Source: Candidatus Iainarchaeum sp. (GTDB lineage Archaea; Iainarchaeota; Iainarchaeia; Iainarchaeales; 0-14-0-20-30-16). Taken from it: 32,000 nucleotides of DNA. Made by a program: the position numbers and the translations under genes. Location: assembly GCA_028710695.1 (NCBI GenBank), contig JAQTTP010000002.1, positions 1 to 32,000 on the forward strand, given 5' to 3'. Of this stretch, positions 8,484 through 16,766 are shown one piece after another. Position 1 is the stretch's first letter, and every line of letters begins with the position of its first letter. A model generated the notes under the pieces. It was not told the origin of the DNA. It was given only the letters and a program-made list of their open reading frames with translations, and did no database searches.

Positions 8484-8675
8484 TTACTTTTGATATTCCA
8501 TTAACTCATCGATAAACTCAACTGTAGTCAGATACATCCTTCTACAGCACGGCCTGTCTATCCCTAATTCTTTGAAAACTTCGTTTGTTGGTTTCCTTTT
8601 TGCAAGTTCTTTAAACTTTTCATAGTCTTCTGCAACTACTTTTCCACAACTAAAGCATCTTACCGGAACCATCAT
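8484..8675 (-). CDS. rpo10: RNA polymerase subunit Rpo10 (RpoN)
   Basis: MVPVRCFSCGKVVAEDYEKF...LGIDRPCCRRMYLTTVEFIDELMEY, typical CxxC/CC pattern. Confidence 0.95.
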   Translation of the reverse strand: MMVPVRCFSCGKVVAEDYEKFKELAKRKPTNEVFKELGIDRPCCRRMYLTTVEFIDELMEYQK

Positions 8676-8711
8676 AACGATCACATCTAATAATAAAAAA
8701 TATAGAGGATT

Positions 8712-9425
8712 CTACCTCTTAGATCTTTGTTTCTTTGCTCTTGCACCACGGCCTAATTGTTTCTTAGACTCTTTTCTTCTAGCATCATCTACTAGCAAAG
8801 ACTTATCATATTTCATAAACATTTCTTTTAATTTATCATCTTTATAGTATTCTACTAATCCTTTAGCAATACAGCCTCTTGAGGTGATTATCTGACTCAT
8901 GAATCCGCCGCCTTTTACTGCGATTTCAATGTCAACTCCATTAACTAATCCGTTTTTGAAGTTGTCAGTTAGCATTAAAGGCTCTCTAACTAGGTTATAA
9001 AGATGCTTGTTATCTATAACTGCAATTGGCTTTTTATTTATTGTTACTCTTCCTTTTCCATCTGAAATTCTTGCTGTTGCAATTGCGGTCTTTCTTTTTG
9101 CTTTAACTAAAACATATTTTTTCTTTCCTTTTTTACCTGCGGATTTAGATGTTTTTGCAGGGGCTTTACTAGTAACCTTGTCAGCAACTTTATCCTGTTT
9201 TTCTTTTGCTTTAATTGGTGCTGGCTCTTTCTTAGCTTCTACTTTTGGCTCTATTTTCTTTTCTGCCTTAGCCTTTACTTCTTTCTTAGCCTCTACTTTA
9301 GGCTTAGCTTCTACCTTGGCTTTAACTTCTTTTTTTGGAGCTTCCTTTTTTTCTGGTTTTGGAGCTTCTTTCTTTACTTCTTTAACTTTCTTTTCTATTG
9401 CTTTCTTAACTTCTTTAGCTACCAT
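8712..9425 (-). CDS. rps9: 30S ribosomal protein uS9 with ~100-aa Lys/Ala/Glu-rich N-terminal extension
   Basis: Core KYVLVKAKRKTAIATARISDGKGRVTINKKP...ITSRGCIAKGLVEYY...RRKESKKQLGRGARAKKQRSKR; extension KKIEPKVEAKKEPAPIKAKEKQDKVADKVTSK. ATG 9425 preferred. Confidence 0.93.
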   Translation of the reverse strand: MVAKEVKKAIEKKVKEVKKEAPKPEKKEAPKKEVKAKVEAKPKVEAKKEVKAKAEKKIEPKVEAKKEPAPIKAKEKQDKVADKVTSKAPAKTSKSAGKKGKKKYVLVKAKRKTAIATARISDGKGRVTINKKPIAVIDNKHLYNLVREPLMLTDNFKNGLVNGVDIEIAVKGGGFMSQIITSRGCIAKGLVEYYKDDKLKEMFMKYDKSLLVDDARRKESKKQLGRGARAKKQRSKR

Positions 9426-9430
9426 TAATA

Positions 9431-9901
9431 TCACCATTTAGCACCCAAAAACTTTGAAATTTCTGCAATTGCAACATTTTTTCTTAAAGGGTTTGCTATT
9501 GCTTTTTCAAGTTTTACCATCTTTACTGCTGGATCTGTCCCAACAAATACTTTTAATTTTCTATAAGCATCCATTCCTTTTGCTCTTTTGTGTTTTATCA
9601 TTCCCCTAATTGCTCTTCTAACTATTCCAGATGGATTTTTTGGATAGTGTGGGCCTTTCAAAGGGTTTCCTTTTCCAGCAAAATCTTGTTTTTCTTTATA
9701 TTTTTCAAATATGTCTGCCCTATTTCCATTTATAACTGCTTTTTCTGCATTATAAATGTTCACAGTATTTCCAGAAAGTATTTCTTTTGCAACATATGTT
9801 GCTCCTCTTCCTAAAACTGTGTTTTCAAAATCATAATTTATGATTTTTGGTTCTGGTTTAACAGCCCTGAATTTTCTTTTTACTTCGTTTCTTAATACCA
9901 T
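9431..9901 (-). CDS. rpl13: 50S ribosomal protein uL13
   Basis: LGRGATYVAKEILSGNTVNIYNAEKAVINGN...RAIRGMIKHKRAKGMDAYRKLKVFVG; ends TGA. Confidence 0.93.
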   Translation of the reverse strand: MVLRNEVKRKFRAVKPEPKIINYDFENTVLGRGATYVAKEILSGNTVNIYNAEKAVINGNRADIFEKYKEKQDFAGKGNPLKGPHYPKNPSGIVRRAIRGMIKHKRAKGMDAYRKLKVFVGTDPAVKMVKLEKAIANPLRKNVAIAEISKFLGAKW

Positions 9902-9911
9902 AACAGACACC

Positions 9912-10265
9912 TTATTTCACTAATATAACATTCTTTGGCTTTTCAGCAATTAATTCTTCTAAATTTTTTGCTTTTGCCCCGATATTTGCTAATTTTTTAA
10001 CTGCAACTGCGGAGTATGCGAAAGCATAAATATTCACTTTCTTTGTTATTACTCCAGTACCCAAAATTTTTCCAGGAACAACAAATACTGCCTTGTCATT
10101 CTTTGAAGCAAGTCTCTCAATTTTTGAAAGGTTAACAGTAAATGCCCTTCTAGATGGAACATCAATATCTTCCGCAATATCTAAAAGGTATTTTTGGCCT
10201 TTCTTTCCTGCTTTTTCCAATGCAATTATTGTTTTCTTCAAATTCAAATCCAAATTCTTTCTCAT
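9912..10265 (-). CDS. rpl18e: 50S ribosomal protein eL18
   Basis: SRRAFTVNLSKIERLASKNDKAVFVVPGKILGTGVITKKVNIYAFAYSAVAVKKL. Confidence 0.9.
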   Translation of the reverse strand: MRKNLDLNLKKTIIALEKAGKKGQKYLLDIAEDIDVPSRRAFTVNLSKIERLASKNDKAVFVVPGKILGTGVITKKVNIYAFAYSAVAVKKLANIGAKAKNLEELIAEKPKNVILVK

Positions 10266-10332
10266 TTCTATCACTCTTTAAACATTATCTCTGTGCCATT
10301 CATGGCACTATTTTTTCTTTGGCGAACTTAGG

Positions 10333-10357
10333 CTTTCTTTTTTTTTAAAAAAGAAAG
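10333..10357 (-). repeat. Perfect 11-bp inverted repeat (poly-T/A hairpin) 5 nt downstream of tRNA-Leu
   Basis: CTTTCTTTTTT-TTT-AAAAAAGAAAG on the + strand; possible processing or termination element. Confidence 0.35.
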
Positions 10358-10362
10358 GATAG

Positions 10363-10542
10363 TGTGGGGGGTGAGGCTCGAACTCACGAAGGCACTAAGC
10401 CACAGGATTTCCCACTCCCTTTTGAAAAGGGTAAGCACTTACAAACGGACTTATACCATTCTCTTTTCCGTCAACGCTTTTGCGCGAAAGCGGAAAAGGG
10501 TTGTCTTAAGTCCTGCCCGTTTGACCGCTTCGGTACCCCCAC
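10363..10542 (-). tRNA. tRNA-Leu (anticodon UAA), class II, with a ~96-nt intron (10409-10504) at canonical position 37/38
   Basis: Acceptor GTGGGGG/CCCCCAC; D stem CCG/CGG; anticodon stem CAGGA/TCCTG, loop CTTAAG|intron|A; variable arm TGGCTTAGTGCC; T arm GTGAG TTCGAGC CTCAC; CCA not encoded. Confidence 0.92.
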
Positions 10543-10567
10543 AAGCCATTTGTAAATATTTTTCCCT

Positions 10568-11278
10568 CTATTTCAGTTTTGCTGAAATCTTTTTAAAATA
10601 TTCTTTCAAGTATTCATCAACATCAATAAAGATGTCTTCTAAATCCTTATTTTTGAATAATTCTAAATATAAATAAAATATATCTTCTGATAATTTTACT
10701 TTAAATCCTGCTTGCTCTAAGCAATATTTACAGAAATCATATGATGCAGTCTCAGAAATAACTAATTTATTTCCTTCTTTTTTTAACTGCCCTTCTGAAA
10801 CTAACTTTTCTATTTCCTTAGGAAGTTTGTCTTTTGTTTGTGCTTCTGCAAACTCTCTATAATAAACTAATGCTGGTTGGAATTTAACATGTTCTTTTCC
10901 AGTTCCTTTTCCCATTTTAAGCTCAATTTCTACTTCACAGTCTTTCTTTAATTTAACTAAAGGTATGTTTTTATATAGAACTTCAACATCGTTTGACTGA
11001 ATATCGTTGCTATAAACCATTCCGCCTTTCTTTTTTATATATCCTTTAGAATTATCGGATATTTCTCCTTTTATTGGAACTAGCCCAATTCTATTTGCTA
11101 AGAATTCATCAGGCATTACACTTTCATTCTTGTAGTATATTACCTCATCTACTGCCATTGTAGGAACTTCTGTTGTTATTGCTCTTCTTATAAAATTCAT
11201 AAAGGTGTAATCTACACCATTTAGAAGAAAGCAATACTTTCCTGTTTCCTTATCTGCGCTAACTAATTCCATCTTCAT
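10568..11278 (-). CDS. rpo3: RNA polymerase subunit Rpo3 (RpoD, Rpb3/alpha-like)
   Basis: GVDYTFMNFIRRAITTEVPTMAVDEVIYYKNESVMPDEFLANRIGLVPI. Start MKMELV (11278) preferred over the upstream extension. Confidence 0.92.
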   Translation of the reverse strand: MKMELVSADKETGKYCFLLNGVDYTFMNFIRRAITTEVPTMAVDEVIYYKNESVMPDEFLANRIGLVPIKGEISDNSKGYIKKKGGMVYSNDIQSNDVEVLYKNIPLVKLKKDCEVEIELKMGKGTGKEHVKFQPALVYYREFAEAQTKDKLPKEIEKLVSEGQLKKEGNKLVISETASYDFCKYCLEQAGFKVKLSEDIFYLYLELFKNKDLEDIFIDVDEYLKEYFKKISAKLK

Positions 11279-11357
11279 AAAAACACATCCGCATATAGAT
11301 GCAAAACCGCTTTGGTCAGGCACCTACTTTGTTTTTGTTTGGACTTGGTAAGAAAAA

Positions 11358-11741
11358 TTATTTCTTCTCCTTTGATCTATATCTCTTCTTTCTTCTACAA
11401 CTATCATGTGGCATAGGAGTAACATTCTCAATCTCTAAAATACTCAACCCACCTCTAGTTAAAGAAGTTATTGCTGCTTCTGCTCCCGGACCTGGGTTCT
11501 TTGGTTTTATTCCACCTGGTGCTCGCACTCTTATTACTATACTACTTACGCCTTTGTTCTTTAAAGCATCAACTACTTGTTCTGCTGCCTTCATCGCGGT
11601 GTATGGGCTTCCTTCTTTATGTTGAGCTTTAGTTACCATACCACCAGTTACTCTAACTATAGTTTCTGATCCAGTTATATCTGTTGCCAAAATAATAATA
11701 TTATTGTGGGATGCAAATATGTTTACTATTGCTTTATTCAT
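11358..11741 (-). CDS. rps11: 30S ribosomal protein uS11
   Basis: VNIFASHNNIIILATDITGSETIVRVTGGMVTKA...RVRAPGGIKPKNPGPGAEAAI...TPMPHDSCRRKKRY. Confidence 0.96.
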   Translation of the reverse strand: MNKAIVNIFASHNNIIILATDITGSETIVRVTGGMVTKAQHKEGSPYTAMKAAEQVVDALKNKGVSSIVIRVRAPGGIKPKNPGPGAEAAITSLTRGGLSILEIENVTPMPHDSCRRKKRYRSKEKK

Positions 11742-12328
11742 TCAACCACCTTTTCTTCATTTTCAGTAACTGCCGGACTCATATCTACTGCTTGTTTAAC
11801 AGCCTCTGCCTGCATTCGCGGCTTTCTAAGTTCTACTTCTAAAACCTTTGGTTTCTTTCCTTTATAGTATGTAACCTTTGCTTCATCAACTACAGTAACT
11901 AATGAATTCGGAGAAGTTATTCTTCTTCCATTTATTGCTATATGTCCATGAACAATAAATTGTCTTGCTTGACTTAAAGTAGTTGCTAGCCCTTTTCTAA
12001 AAACTAACATAACCAATCTTCTTTCAAGTAAGTCTTCAATTTTCAAAGATAATACACTATCGATTGTTGCATCGTCTTTTAACAAGCCAAATTTCTTCAA
12101 AGAGTCAATTAAGATTTTCTTTTCTTTTTCTAATTGGTCTGATGGCAAAGCCAATATATCTCTTGCAGACTTTCTCTTTTTTCTTAGCATTGTCTTAAAC
12201 ATGAACAATTCTGTCTTGTTTCCTAAACAAAAGTTCTTTAACATGTCCCTCTCTTCAGGTATTCTTTCTTTATCGAACCTTTTCTTAGGAACACTATACT
12301 TCTTTGAAAATTTTCTTGGATCTCCCAT
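11738..12328 (-). CDS. rps4: 30S ribosomal protein uS4
   Basis: MGDPRKFSKKYSVPKKRF...S4 domain LERRLVMLVFRKGLATTLSQARQFIVHGHIAINGRRITSPNSLV. 4-bp ATGA overlap with uS11. Confidence 0.95.
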   Translation of the reverse strand: MGDPRKFSKKYSVPKKRFDKERIPEERDMLKNFCLGNKTELFMFKTMLRKKRKSARDILALPSDQLEKEKKILIDSLKKFGLLKDDATIDSVLSLKIEDLLERRLVMLVFRKGLATTLSQARQFIVHGHIAINGRRITSPNSLVTVVDEAKVTYYKGKKPKVLEVELRKPRMQAEAVKQAVDMSPAVTENEEKVVE

Positions 12329-12346
12329 TGTTATCACCGTTTAAAA

Positions 12347-12916
12347 TTATTTAGTTGCCTTTACAACTCCTACACTTCTTCCTTTACCTCTAAATCCTGC
12401 TTTTGTTTTTTGTCCTCTTACTGGCAGGCCTCTCATTCTTCTTATTGCTTTTCTATGTCTCATCTTACCTAATCTGTCTAATTCTTCTTTATCATTAAAC
12501 AATAAATCTGATCCTAAAAGGTGTTTTGCTTTTCCATCCCAAACGTCTTCTGGCTTGTTAACAAACCAATTTGGAAAACCGTGGTTTAAAGGATTCTTTG
12601 CAATGTCTTCTAGCAAAGCCAATTGTTTTTCATCTAGCTTTCCTATTTTTGTAGTTGGTGGCAATTTTGTTTTTAATTCAAAAATTCTCGCAACTGCAAC
12701 ATTGTATCTTGTTCCAATTCCTTTTATTTTCCCAAGTACAGTCTGAACAGACTTACCTGCTGAAACATCAGTATCAACAATTCTAACAATTCCTTCACTG
12801 GATTCTATCTTCTGTGGTTTTGGCACATAAGCTTTTTTTTCTGTTTTTACTTCAGTAGAATCTCTATCTTTATTTTTATCATTACCTTTTCCTTGTTTTT
12901 CTTCTTTTTTTGCCAT
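12347..12916 (-). CDS. rps13: 30S ribosomal protein uS13 with charged N-terminal extension
   Basis: IVRIVDTDVSAGKSVQTVLGKIKGIGTRYNVAVARI...LGKMRHRKAIRRMRGLPVRGQKTKAGFRGKGRSVGV. Confidence 0.95.
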   Translation of the reverse strand: MAKKEEKQGKGNDKNKDRDSTEVKTEKKAYVPKPQKIESSEGIVRIVDTDVSAGKSVQTVLGKIKGIGTRYNVAVARIFELKTKLPPTTKIGKLDEKQLALLEDIAKNPLNHGFPNWFVNKPEDVWDGKAKHLLGSDLLFNDKEELDRLGKMRHRKAIRRMRGLPVRGQKTKAGFRGKGRSVGVVKATK

Positions 12917-12935
12917 TAAATCACACCCATAATAA

Positions 12936-13145
12936 TTATAATTTCACTTTCTTAAGTTCCTCAATAGTCTTTACTACCTGGTCCAAAGGCCATAAGTGAA
13001 GCATATTTATTTTTCTTTTTTTGAACTTTAAACCTTCAACATCAACAATGTTTGATTTTGGGTCTACTGCAGTAATTATTACTACTTTTCCAAAATCATT
13101 TCCTTGCTTTATTATACAAACTCTTCCAACATCAATTATTTTCAT
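12936..13145 (-). CDS. rpl14e: 50S ribosomal protein eL14
   Basis: IIDVGRVCIIKQGNDFGKVVIITAVDPKSNIVDVEGLKFKKRKINMLHLWPLDQVV. Confidence 0.9.
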   Translation of the reverse strand: MKIIDVGRVCIIKQGNDFGKVVIITAVDPKSNIVDVEGLKFKKRKINMLHLWPLDQVVKTIEELKKVKL

Positions 13146-13157
13146 GCAATCACGCCT

Positions 13158-13601
13158 TTATTTTTTCATCTTATTTAAATATTTTTCAATAACATCAATA
13201 ATTCCTGAAGAATTAATCTTATCTATATTAATTACTAAATCATAGTTTCCATAATCTTTTATGTTCAAACCATAATTATTTGTGAAATATTCTCTCATTT
13301 CACCATCTTTTGTTTCAATCTCTTTTTTTGCTTCTTCAATTGTTATTTTTTTATTTTCTACTAAGTATCTAATTTTGTTTTCTGAAGATGCTTTCAAAAA
13401 AATCCTTACATCCGGATCTTTTATTTTCCATACCGCCAACATTCCTTTATAGATTGTATCTTTTTTTGGCTTATTAAAAAAGCCTTCTTCTTTAGGAACA
13501 TTGTCTTCTATAGGTTCAAATTTCAAACCATATCTCATTGCAATGGCTTTACAGGTCGGTTCTATGTCTTCATAACCATTACTTGCAATAGTTATTATCA
13601 T
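13158..13601 (-). CDS. Cytidylate kinase-like protein lacking a recognisable P-loop
   Basis: IITIASNGYEDIEPTCKAIAMRYGLKF; RIFLKASSENKIRYLVENKKITIEEAKKEIETKDGEMREYFTNNYGLNIKDYGNYDLVINIDKINSSGIIDVIEKYL resembles the archaeal CMP kinase C-terminal half. Operon position also matches archaeal cmk. Confidence 0.7.
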   Translation of the reverse strand: MIITIASNGYEDIEPTCKAIAMRYGLKFEPIEDNVPKEEGFFNKPKKDTIYKGMLAVWKIKDPDVRIFLKASSENKIRYLVENKKITIEEAKKEIETKDGEMREYFTNNYGLNIKDYGNYDLVINIDKINSSGIIDVIEKYLNKMKK

Positions 13602-13660
13602 CACTTTCACCTATGAACAATATTTCCTGCCGATATTTTTACGCATAATTCTCTTTATAA

Positions 13661-13984
13661 CTACTTCCCAATTCTCTTTATTGCTTGAGAAACAAACTTC
13701 TTCATCGTTACTGTTAAGTCATCTTCTTTTTTTGCGCCTATTTTTACTTTTATTGCATTTTCAAAAACCTTGTCTCTACAAGTTGAGCACAAAACTCCAC
13801 CAAATACCACAGACGGCCTTTTTTCTGTTTTTGACAAACCTCTATTGTTGTTGGCAGACAATATTCTGTCTTTACAGATTCCACAACTTACTTTTGTCTT
13901 TTTTTGTCTTATAAGACTAATTCTAGATTCTCCACCTGGAACCCTTACCTTCTTTTTTTTCATTACTCTCTCGCTTGGTCTCAT
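13661..13984 (-). CDS. rpl34e: 50S ribosomal protein eL34
   Basis: RVPGGESRISLIRQKKTKVSCGICKDRI...GLSKTEKRPSVVFGGVLCSTCRDKV. Confidence 0.9.
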   Translation of the reverse strand: MRPSERVMKKKKVRVPGGESRISLIRQKKTKVSCGICKDRILSANNNRGLSKTEKRPSVVFGGVLCSTCRDKVFENAIKVKIGAKKEDDLTVTMKKFVSQAIKRIGK

Positions 13985-14001
13985 GATAATCACGCCTTAT
14001 T

Positions 14002-14445
14002 TTATCCAAATACTTTTTTCTTTTCTAACAAGTTAAATACAACACTGTAATAAATTCCTGAAACTATTGCAACTAGTATATACCATACTAATGCAGGGCT
14101 TAATCCCAAAAACTTTCCTACTGGAAATTCAGCATATAAGAAATATATTTGCACAATAAACAAAACTATTATTCCAATAACGAACAGGTATATCATATTT
14201 GACATATTTCCTTTCATCATCCCCATGGACAGTTCCATGATTTCTTTTTGTAGTTTATCTGCTTTTTCTTTTGCTTTGGGGTCTGTTGAAGAACTCTTCA
14301 TAAGTTCTTTCATTTCCTTTTGTTTCTCTTTTACTTCTTTTTGCTTTTCTTTTATTCCATACTTTTTTTCAGATCTTTTTTTCAAATAAAAACTAATTGC
14401 AGAAACTAATAATCCCAATGCACCTACAATAAACACTGCCCACAT
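14002..14445 (-). CDS. DUF106/EMC3-TMCO1-like (YidC/Oxa1 superfamily) membrane protein
   Basis: Three hydrophobic segments around a Lys/Glu coiled region, positioned next to secY as in archaea generally. Confidence 0.8.
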   Translation of the reverse strand: MWAVFIVGALGLLVSAISFYLKKRSEKKYGIKEKQKEVKEKQKEMKELMKSSSTDPKAKEKADKLQKEIMELSMGMMKGNMSNMIYLFVIGIIVLFIVQIYFLYAEFPVGKFLGLSPALVWYILVAIVSGIYYSVVFNLLEKKKVFG

Positions 14446-14451
14446 ATATTA

Positions 14452-15849
14452 TCACCGAGCCATAAACTTCCCTAACATTGGAAGCAATTGAGGTGCTTGT
14501 TCTCTTACCAATTCCTCATACATTCTATACAAAATATCAACTGTTAACAGTATTCCCATTCCGGTTCCTACTGCACCAGTAATGTCCGCAAATCCGGCCA
14601 TTAGTCCAACAAATATCGATCCCAAAATTGTAATTGTTGGGATATATCTATCCAAAACACCTTTTACTACTCTTGGGTCTCTTCTAAATCCTGGCAAATA
14701 CATTCCACTCTTATTTAGCTGATTAGCTAATGACCCGGAATCTTGTCCCGCCATCTGAACCCAAAGTACTCCAAACAAAACACATGCCGCAGTTAATACA
14801 ACAATATACAGTAAAGCAAATCCTATGCTAGACAGAATGTAACTCCATTCCGATCCACCACCAATTGCCTGGTTGAGGACATCTAGAACTACATTTCTTG
14901 TTGGATTAACCACCTTATCAATAAATGAAAATATTGTTGAAAATACTCCTGTGCCTTTTGCAATCCACTGCGCAAGCAAGTGTATATTTGCAAACAAAGC
15001 TGCAGCCAATATTACTGGCATATTGCTTACATAGAAGAACTTTACTGGGTACTTTCCCATAGCCCCTCTTTGTCCAACTGTTAGCGGAATATTTACGTGA
15101 ACTCCTTCAAAGTAAACAACTATGAAAAATACCACCAACGCAAATATTATAGGTAGGAGGTTGTTTACGAAACTTAATAGGAATCCACTTGTTCCTATGT
15201 TATGGAAAAATGACCATAACAATCCATCTGCAGATGCAAAATTAATTGCTGCATGTCCTATAGACAAACCTGCGCCCTGCGTAAATGGATTAAATATTCT
15301 AATTAATATTGTGCTGGCAACACCGCCCGCAATGAATAAAGAAATTCCAGAACCAAATCCGTAATTCTTTACAACTTCATCTAAATATAATAATATTATT
15401 GATCCTACTGCTACCTGCAATAAAACCCAGAAAAACATTCCTGGTTCTGGAGCCAAAAGCCCCATTTTTACATATATAAATCCTTCAAAGAAAGATAAGA
15501 TAATTGCTAACAATTTTTGCCAACTACTGAATTTTGCTCTTTGGGCAGGATCTGAAAAATCCATATTAATTATTTTACTTCCAACTAGCAATTGTAATAT
15601 AATGGATGCCACAACTATTGGACCTATACCTACACTAATTATTGTTCCGATTTTACTTGCCAATAAGTACTGGATGTGTTCTAAACCAATTTGAGCTGAT
15701 GCACTCAATCCGTAGATTGGGATCATACCCAAAACAAAGAACACAACTAGGATTAATAGTGTCCATTTAAGCTTAGATGTCAAAGATGGTTTTTCCTTTG
15801 GAGTTACAACTTCTGGAATAACCCTGAAAACATTATCCATTATACTCAT
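14452..15849 (-). CDS. secY: Preprotein translocase subunit SecY
   Basis: Ten-TM-type sequence with KLKWTLLILVVFFVLGMIPIYG, GIGPIVVASIILQLLVGS, FYVSNMPVILAAAL, QDSGSLANQLNKSGMYLPGFRRDPRVVKGVLDRYI. Confidence 0.96.
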   Translation of the reverse strand: MSIMDNVFRVIPEVVTPKEKPSLTSKLKWTLLILVVFFVLGMIPIYGLSASAQIGLEHIQYLLASKIGTIISVGIGPIVVASIILQLLVGSKIINMDFSDPAQRAKFSSWQKLLAIILSFFEGFIYVKMGLLAPEPGMFFWVLLQVAVGSIILLYLDEVVKNYGFGSGISLFIAGGVASTILIRIFNPFTQGAGLSIGHAAINFASADGLLWSFFHNIGTSGFLLSFVNNLLPIIFALVVFFIVVYFEGVHVNIPLTVGQRGAMGKYPVKFFYVSNMPVILAAALFANIHLLAQWIAKGTGVFSTIFSFIDKVVNPTRNVVLDVLNQAIGGGSEWSYILSSIGFALLYIVVLTAACVLFGVLWVQMAGQDSGSLANQLNKSGMYLPGFRRDPRVVKGVLDRYIPTITILGSIFVGLMAGFADITGAVGTGMGILLTVDILYRMYEELVREQAPQLLPMLGKFMAR

Positions 15850-16274
15850 TCTATCTTTCCTCCCTTGCTTTCAACCATCTTTTTAACATTCTCAATAGCT
15901 TTTATATTTTTCAAAATGAATTTATATTTTGGCTCTTTTCTACCAATTACTTTAGTATATTTCTTAAATCTCTTATTTTCTGCAAAGTCAATTTCTATTC
16001 CTTTTTCAAGATCTGCTTTTTTAATTGTGCCTGCGTCAACAAGATTATCTACATACTCATTTAACATTAATAAAGATATTGCTATATCTTCAGTTCGTGC
16101 TCTTTGAGAAACTTTTGGTTCTTCATCCATGAACTTAATCCAGTGGTGCCCAAAGTGTCCAGCTCTTCCTCTTCCACCTCTAGAACCTGCACCTCTTCTT
16201 GCCTTAGTGTCTCCTGCACCTCTAGTTCTTGTTCCCAAATATCTTTTTTTCCTTCTTTCTTGTCTTACAACCAT
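15846..16274 (-). CDS. rpl15: 50S ribosomal protein uL15
   Basis: RKKRYLGTRTRGAGDTKARRGAGSRGGRGRAGHFGHHWIKF; terminal ATGA overlap with secY. Confidence 0.93.
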   Translation of the reverse strand: MVVRQERRKKRYLGTRTRGAGDTKARRGAGSRGGRGRAGHFGHHWIKFMDEEPKVSQRARTEDIAISLLMLNEYVDNLVDAGTIKKADLEKGIEIDFAENKRFKKYTKVIGRKEPKYKFILKNIKAIENVKKMVESKGGKIE

Positions 16275-16309
16275 AAAAAATCACTTCTTAGATTATAACT
16301 ATATAAAAA

Positions 16310-16765
16310 TTATATCATCTTATTCAAAAGAGTGTTTATCTCTTTTCCTCTTGGGCCTAAGTCTCCACCTTGTTTAAATGTTGACTTTATTGATACTAGG
16401 CCTTTTGATGCTGGGCTTAATCTAAACACTTTTTTTATGCCCAATTCATAAACTTTTTTTGGCTCTGTGTACATTTCAACTACTTTTTCCAAAGTAATTT
16501 TCTTTTCTTTGAAGAATTCTGGAGTCAGTCTTTTATTTCCTTCTAATCTTCCTCTTTTTTCAACCATTGCTTTCAATGTTGCGTCATCAATTTCACCATA
16601 AGTTACGTGATCTTTAACTTTGTCAAGTTGACCTTTCATAACTTCATCTAATTTAACAATAACACAATGGTTTACTCTTGTTAAGCCCATGATTTTCAAA
16701 GCATAATTTACTTGAGTGCTTTTCTTTGCAGCACCTCTTAATCTAATTACAGCTAATAAAGTCAT
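16310..16765 (-). CDS. rpl30: 50S ribosomal protein uL30
   Basis: MTLLAVIRLRGAAKKSTQVNYALKIMGLTRVNHCVIVKLDEVMKGQLDKVKDHVTYGEID. AGGTGG SD before ATG 16765. Confidence 0.93.
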   Translation of the reverse strand: MTLLAVIRLRGAAKKSTQVNYALKIMGLTRVNHCVIVKLDEVMKGQLDKVKDHVTYGEIDDATLKAMVEKRGRLEGNKRLTPEFFKEKKITLEKVVEMYTEPKKVYELGIKKVFRLSPASKGLVSIKSTFKQGGDLGPRGKEINTLLNKMI

Positions 16766-16766
16766 T

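Noticed and set aside
9007-9441. Long antisense ORFs opposite ribosomal genes (e.g. 9007-9441, 20228-20758, 18718-19215, 21945-22397)
   Set aside because: Hydrophobic F/L/S-rich translations are the expected complement of Lys/Ala/Glu-rich coding sequence; not evidence of overlapping genes.
10362-10676. Track ORFs 10362-10676 and 10364-10555 (+)
   Set aside because: They run antisense through the tRNA-Leu and its intron into rpo3; low-complexity translation and no recognisable domain.
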